Origin: a virus
Taxonomy: Duplodnaviria > Heunggongvirae > Uroviricota > Caudoviricetes
Strand: one strand, 5' to 3'
Virus record (IMG/VR): IMGVR_UViG_646311924_000007
Span: 32,001-96,000 of that record
Length of the DNA: 64,000 bases
A model generated the notes under the pieces. The model ran no database searches, was not told the origin of the DNA, and saw only the letters and a program-made list of their open reading frames with translations. Shown here one piece after another: positions 63,207-64,000 of this stretch (position 1 is its first letter; each line of letters begins with the position of its first letter). A program made the translations under genes and the position numbers.

Positions 63207-64000
63207 ATGATCGAGGCAATTGAACAGCACACAATCTGTATCAGCACCAGGGATATACCTGGCGTTATTGCCAACTACTTCATGATCACCAAACAACTTT
63301 ACCGGAGAAAGGACAAGAACGCGGTTCACCGTATCCTGTTGTCTGATATCCGCGAATACCTGCTCGAACAGGGTCATCTGAATTACGCAACCGTCGCAGC
63401 CGAAGCACGCAAGGAGGCACACAGAATGAAAGCAAATAACGTTAAATTAGAAAAAATTCATGCACCTTCAGTTCAGGAATCGGAGCTGGTGGTTGTTCAG
63501 AATCAGTCTGATGAAATTCCCGTTCTGGAATGGCAGGGAGTGCGTGTAGTGACAACCGAGACTCTTGCGAGAGGGTATGGGACAGAAACAATCCGTATTC
63601 GCCAAAATCATCATGAGAACAAAGTACGCTTTGTTGAAGGGAAGCACTTTTTCAAAGTTGAAGGAGAATCATTGCGCGAGTTGAAGCACAGAGTAGCTTT
63701 AAACTACTCTGTAAAAATTGCTCGCAATGTTCGCTCACTCACCCTCTGGACAGAACGCGGCGCAGCCCGCCACGCTAAAATGCTCGAAACCGATCAGGCA
63801 TGGGCATTCTTTGAAAAACTGGAAGACAGCTACTTCCGACAAAAAGAACAGCAACCGATCGCAATCCCCCAGACGCTTCCTGAAGTCCTACGCCTGGCTG
63901 CCGAACTGGCTGAACAAAAGCAACTTCTGGAACAGAAAGCCCACCAGCTAAATCAGCAGCTGGTGGCCGCCGCTCCTAAAGTCGATTTTGCCGACCGGGT
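63207..64000 (+). CDS. antirepressor-like protein with KilAC domain, paralog of 8942..9979; runs off window end
   Basis: ATG 63207; N-terminal CISTRDIPGVIANYFMITKQLY parallels CMPTREIPGAIANYFMITRRFY; C-terminal LPEVLRLAAELAEQK...APKVDFADR matches KilAC. Confidence 0.6.
   Translation, partial: MIEAIEQHTICISTRDIPGVIANYFMITKQLYRRKDKNAVHRILLSDIREYLLEQGHLNYATVAAEARKEAHRMKANNVKLEKIHAPSVQESELVVVQNQSDEIPVLEWQGVRVVTTETLARGYGTETIRIRQNHHENKVRFVEGKHFFKVEGESLRELKHRVALNYSVKIARNVRSLTLWTERGAARHAKMLETDQAWAFFEKLEDSYFRQKEQQPIAIPQTLPEVLRLAAELAEQKQLLEQKAHQLNQQLVAAAPKVDFADR

Overview
This window reads as a large piece of a P1-like phage-plasmid from an enterobacterial host, mosaic relative to P1. All calls are from reading the sequence and ORF track by eye; no searches or alignments were run, and family names rest on recalled motifs. 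Backbone: an IncY-type plasmid module on the minus strand (incC iterons, repA, incA iterons, parA, parB, parS); a head/tail/baseplate block including a ~1130-aa Sit-like transglycosylase protein; kilA-repL; hrdC (RdgC-like) and dmt; a tRNA array with plp and ban; humD, phd-doc, lpa, pacA (with pac site) and pacB. About eight copies of the 17-bp C1 operator motif ATTGCTCTAATAAATTT sit at operon starts. The most notable observations: (1) a canonical LAGLIDADG intein of 341 aa inserted exactly in the catalytic PCQ motif of the cytosine-C5 methyltransferase half of Dmt; (2) three to four paralogous hairpin modules flanking the tRNA genes, with compensatory stem changes, plus an extra class-II tRNA-Tyr-like gene; (3) three operator/icd-like/antirepressor modules, one split by an IS629-like element; (4) two identical inverted IS629-like copies with separate 3-bp target duplications, one disrupting a gene; (5) a hok/sok-type toxin locus in addition to phd-doc. 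No CRISPR array, Cas gene, reverse transcriptase or rRNA was seen.
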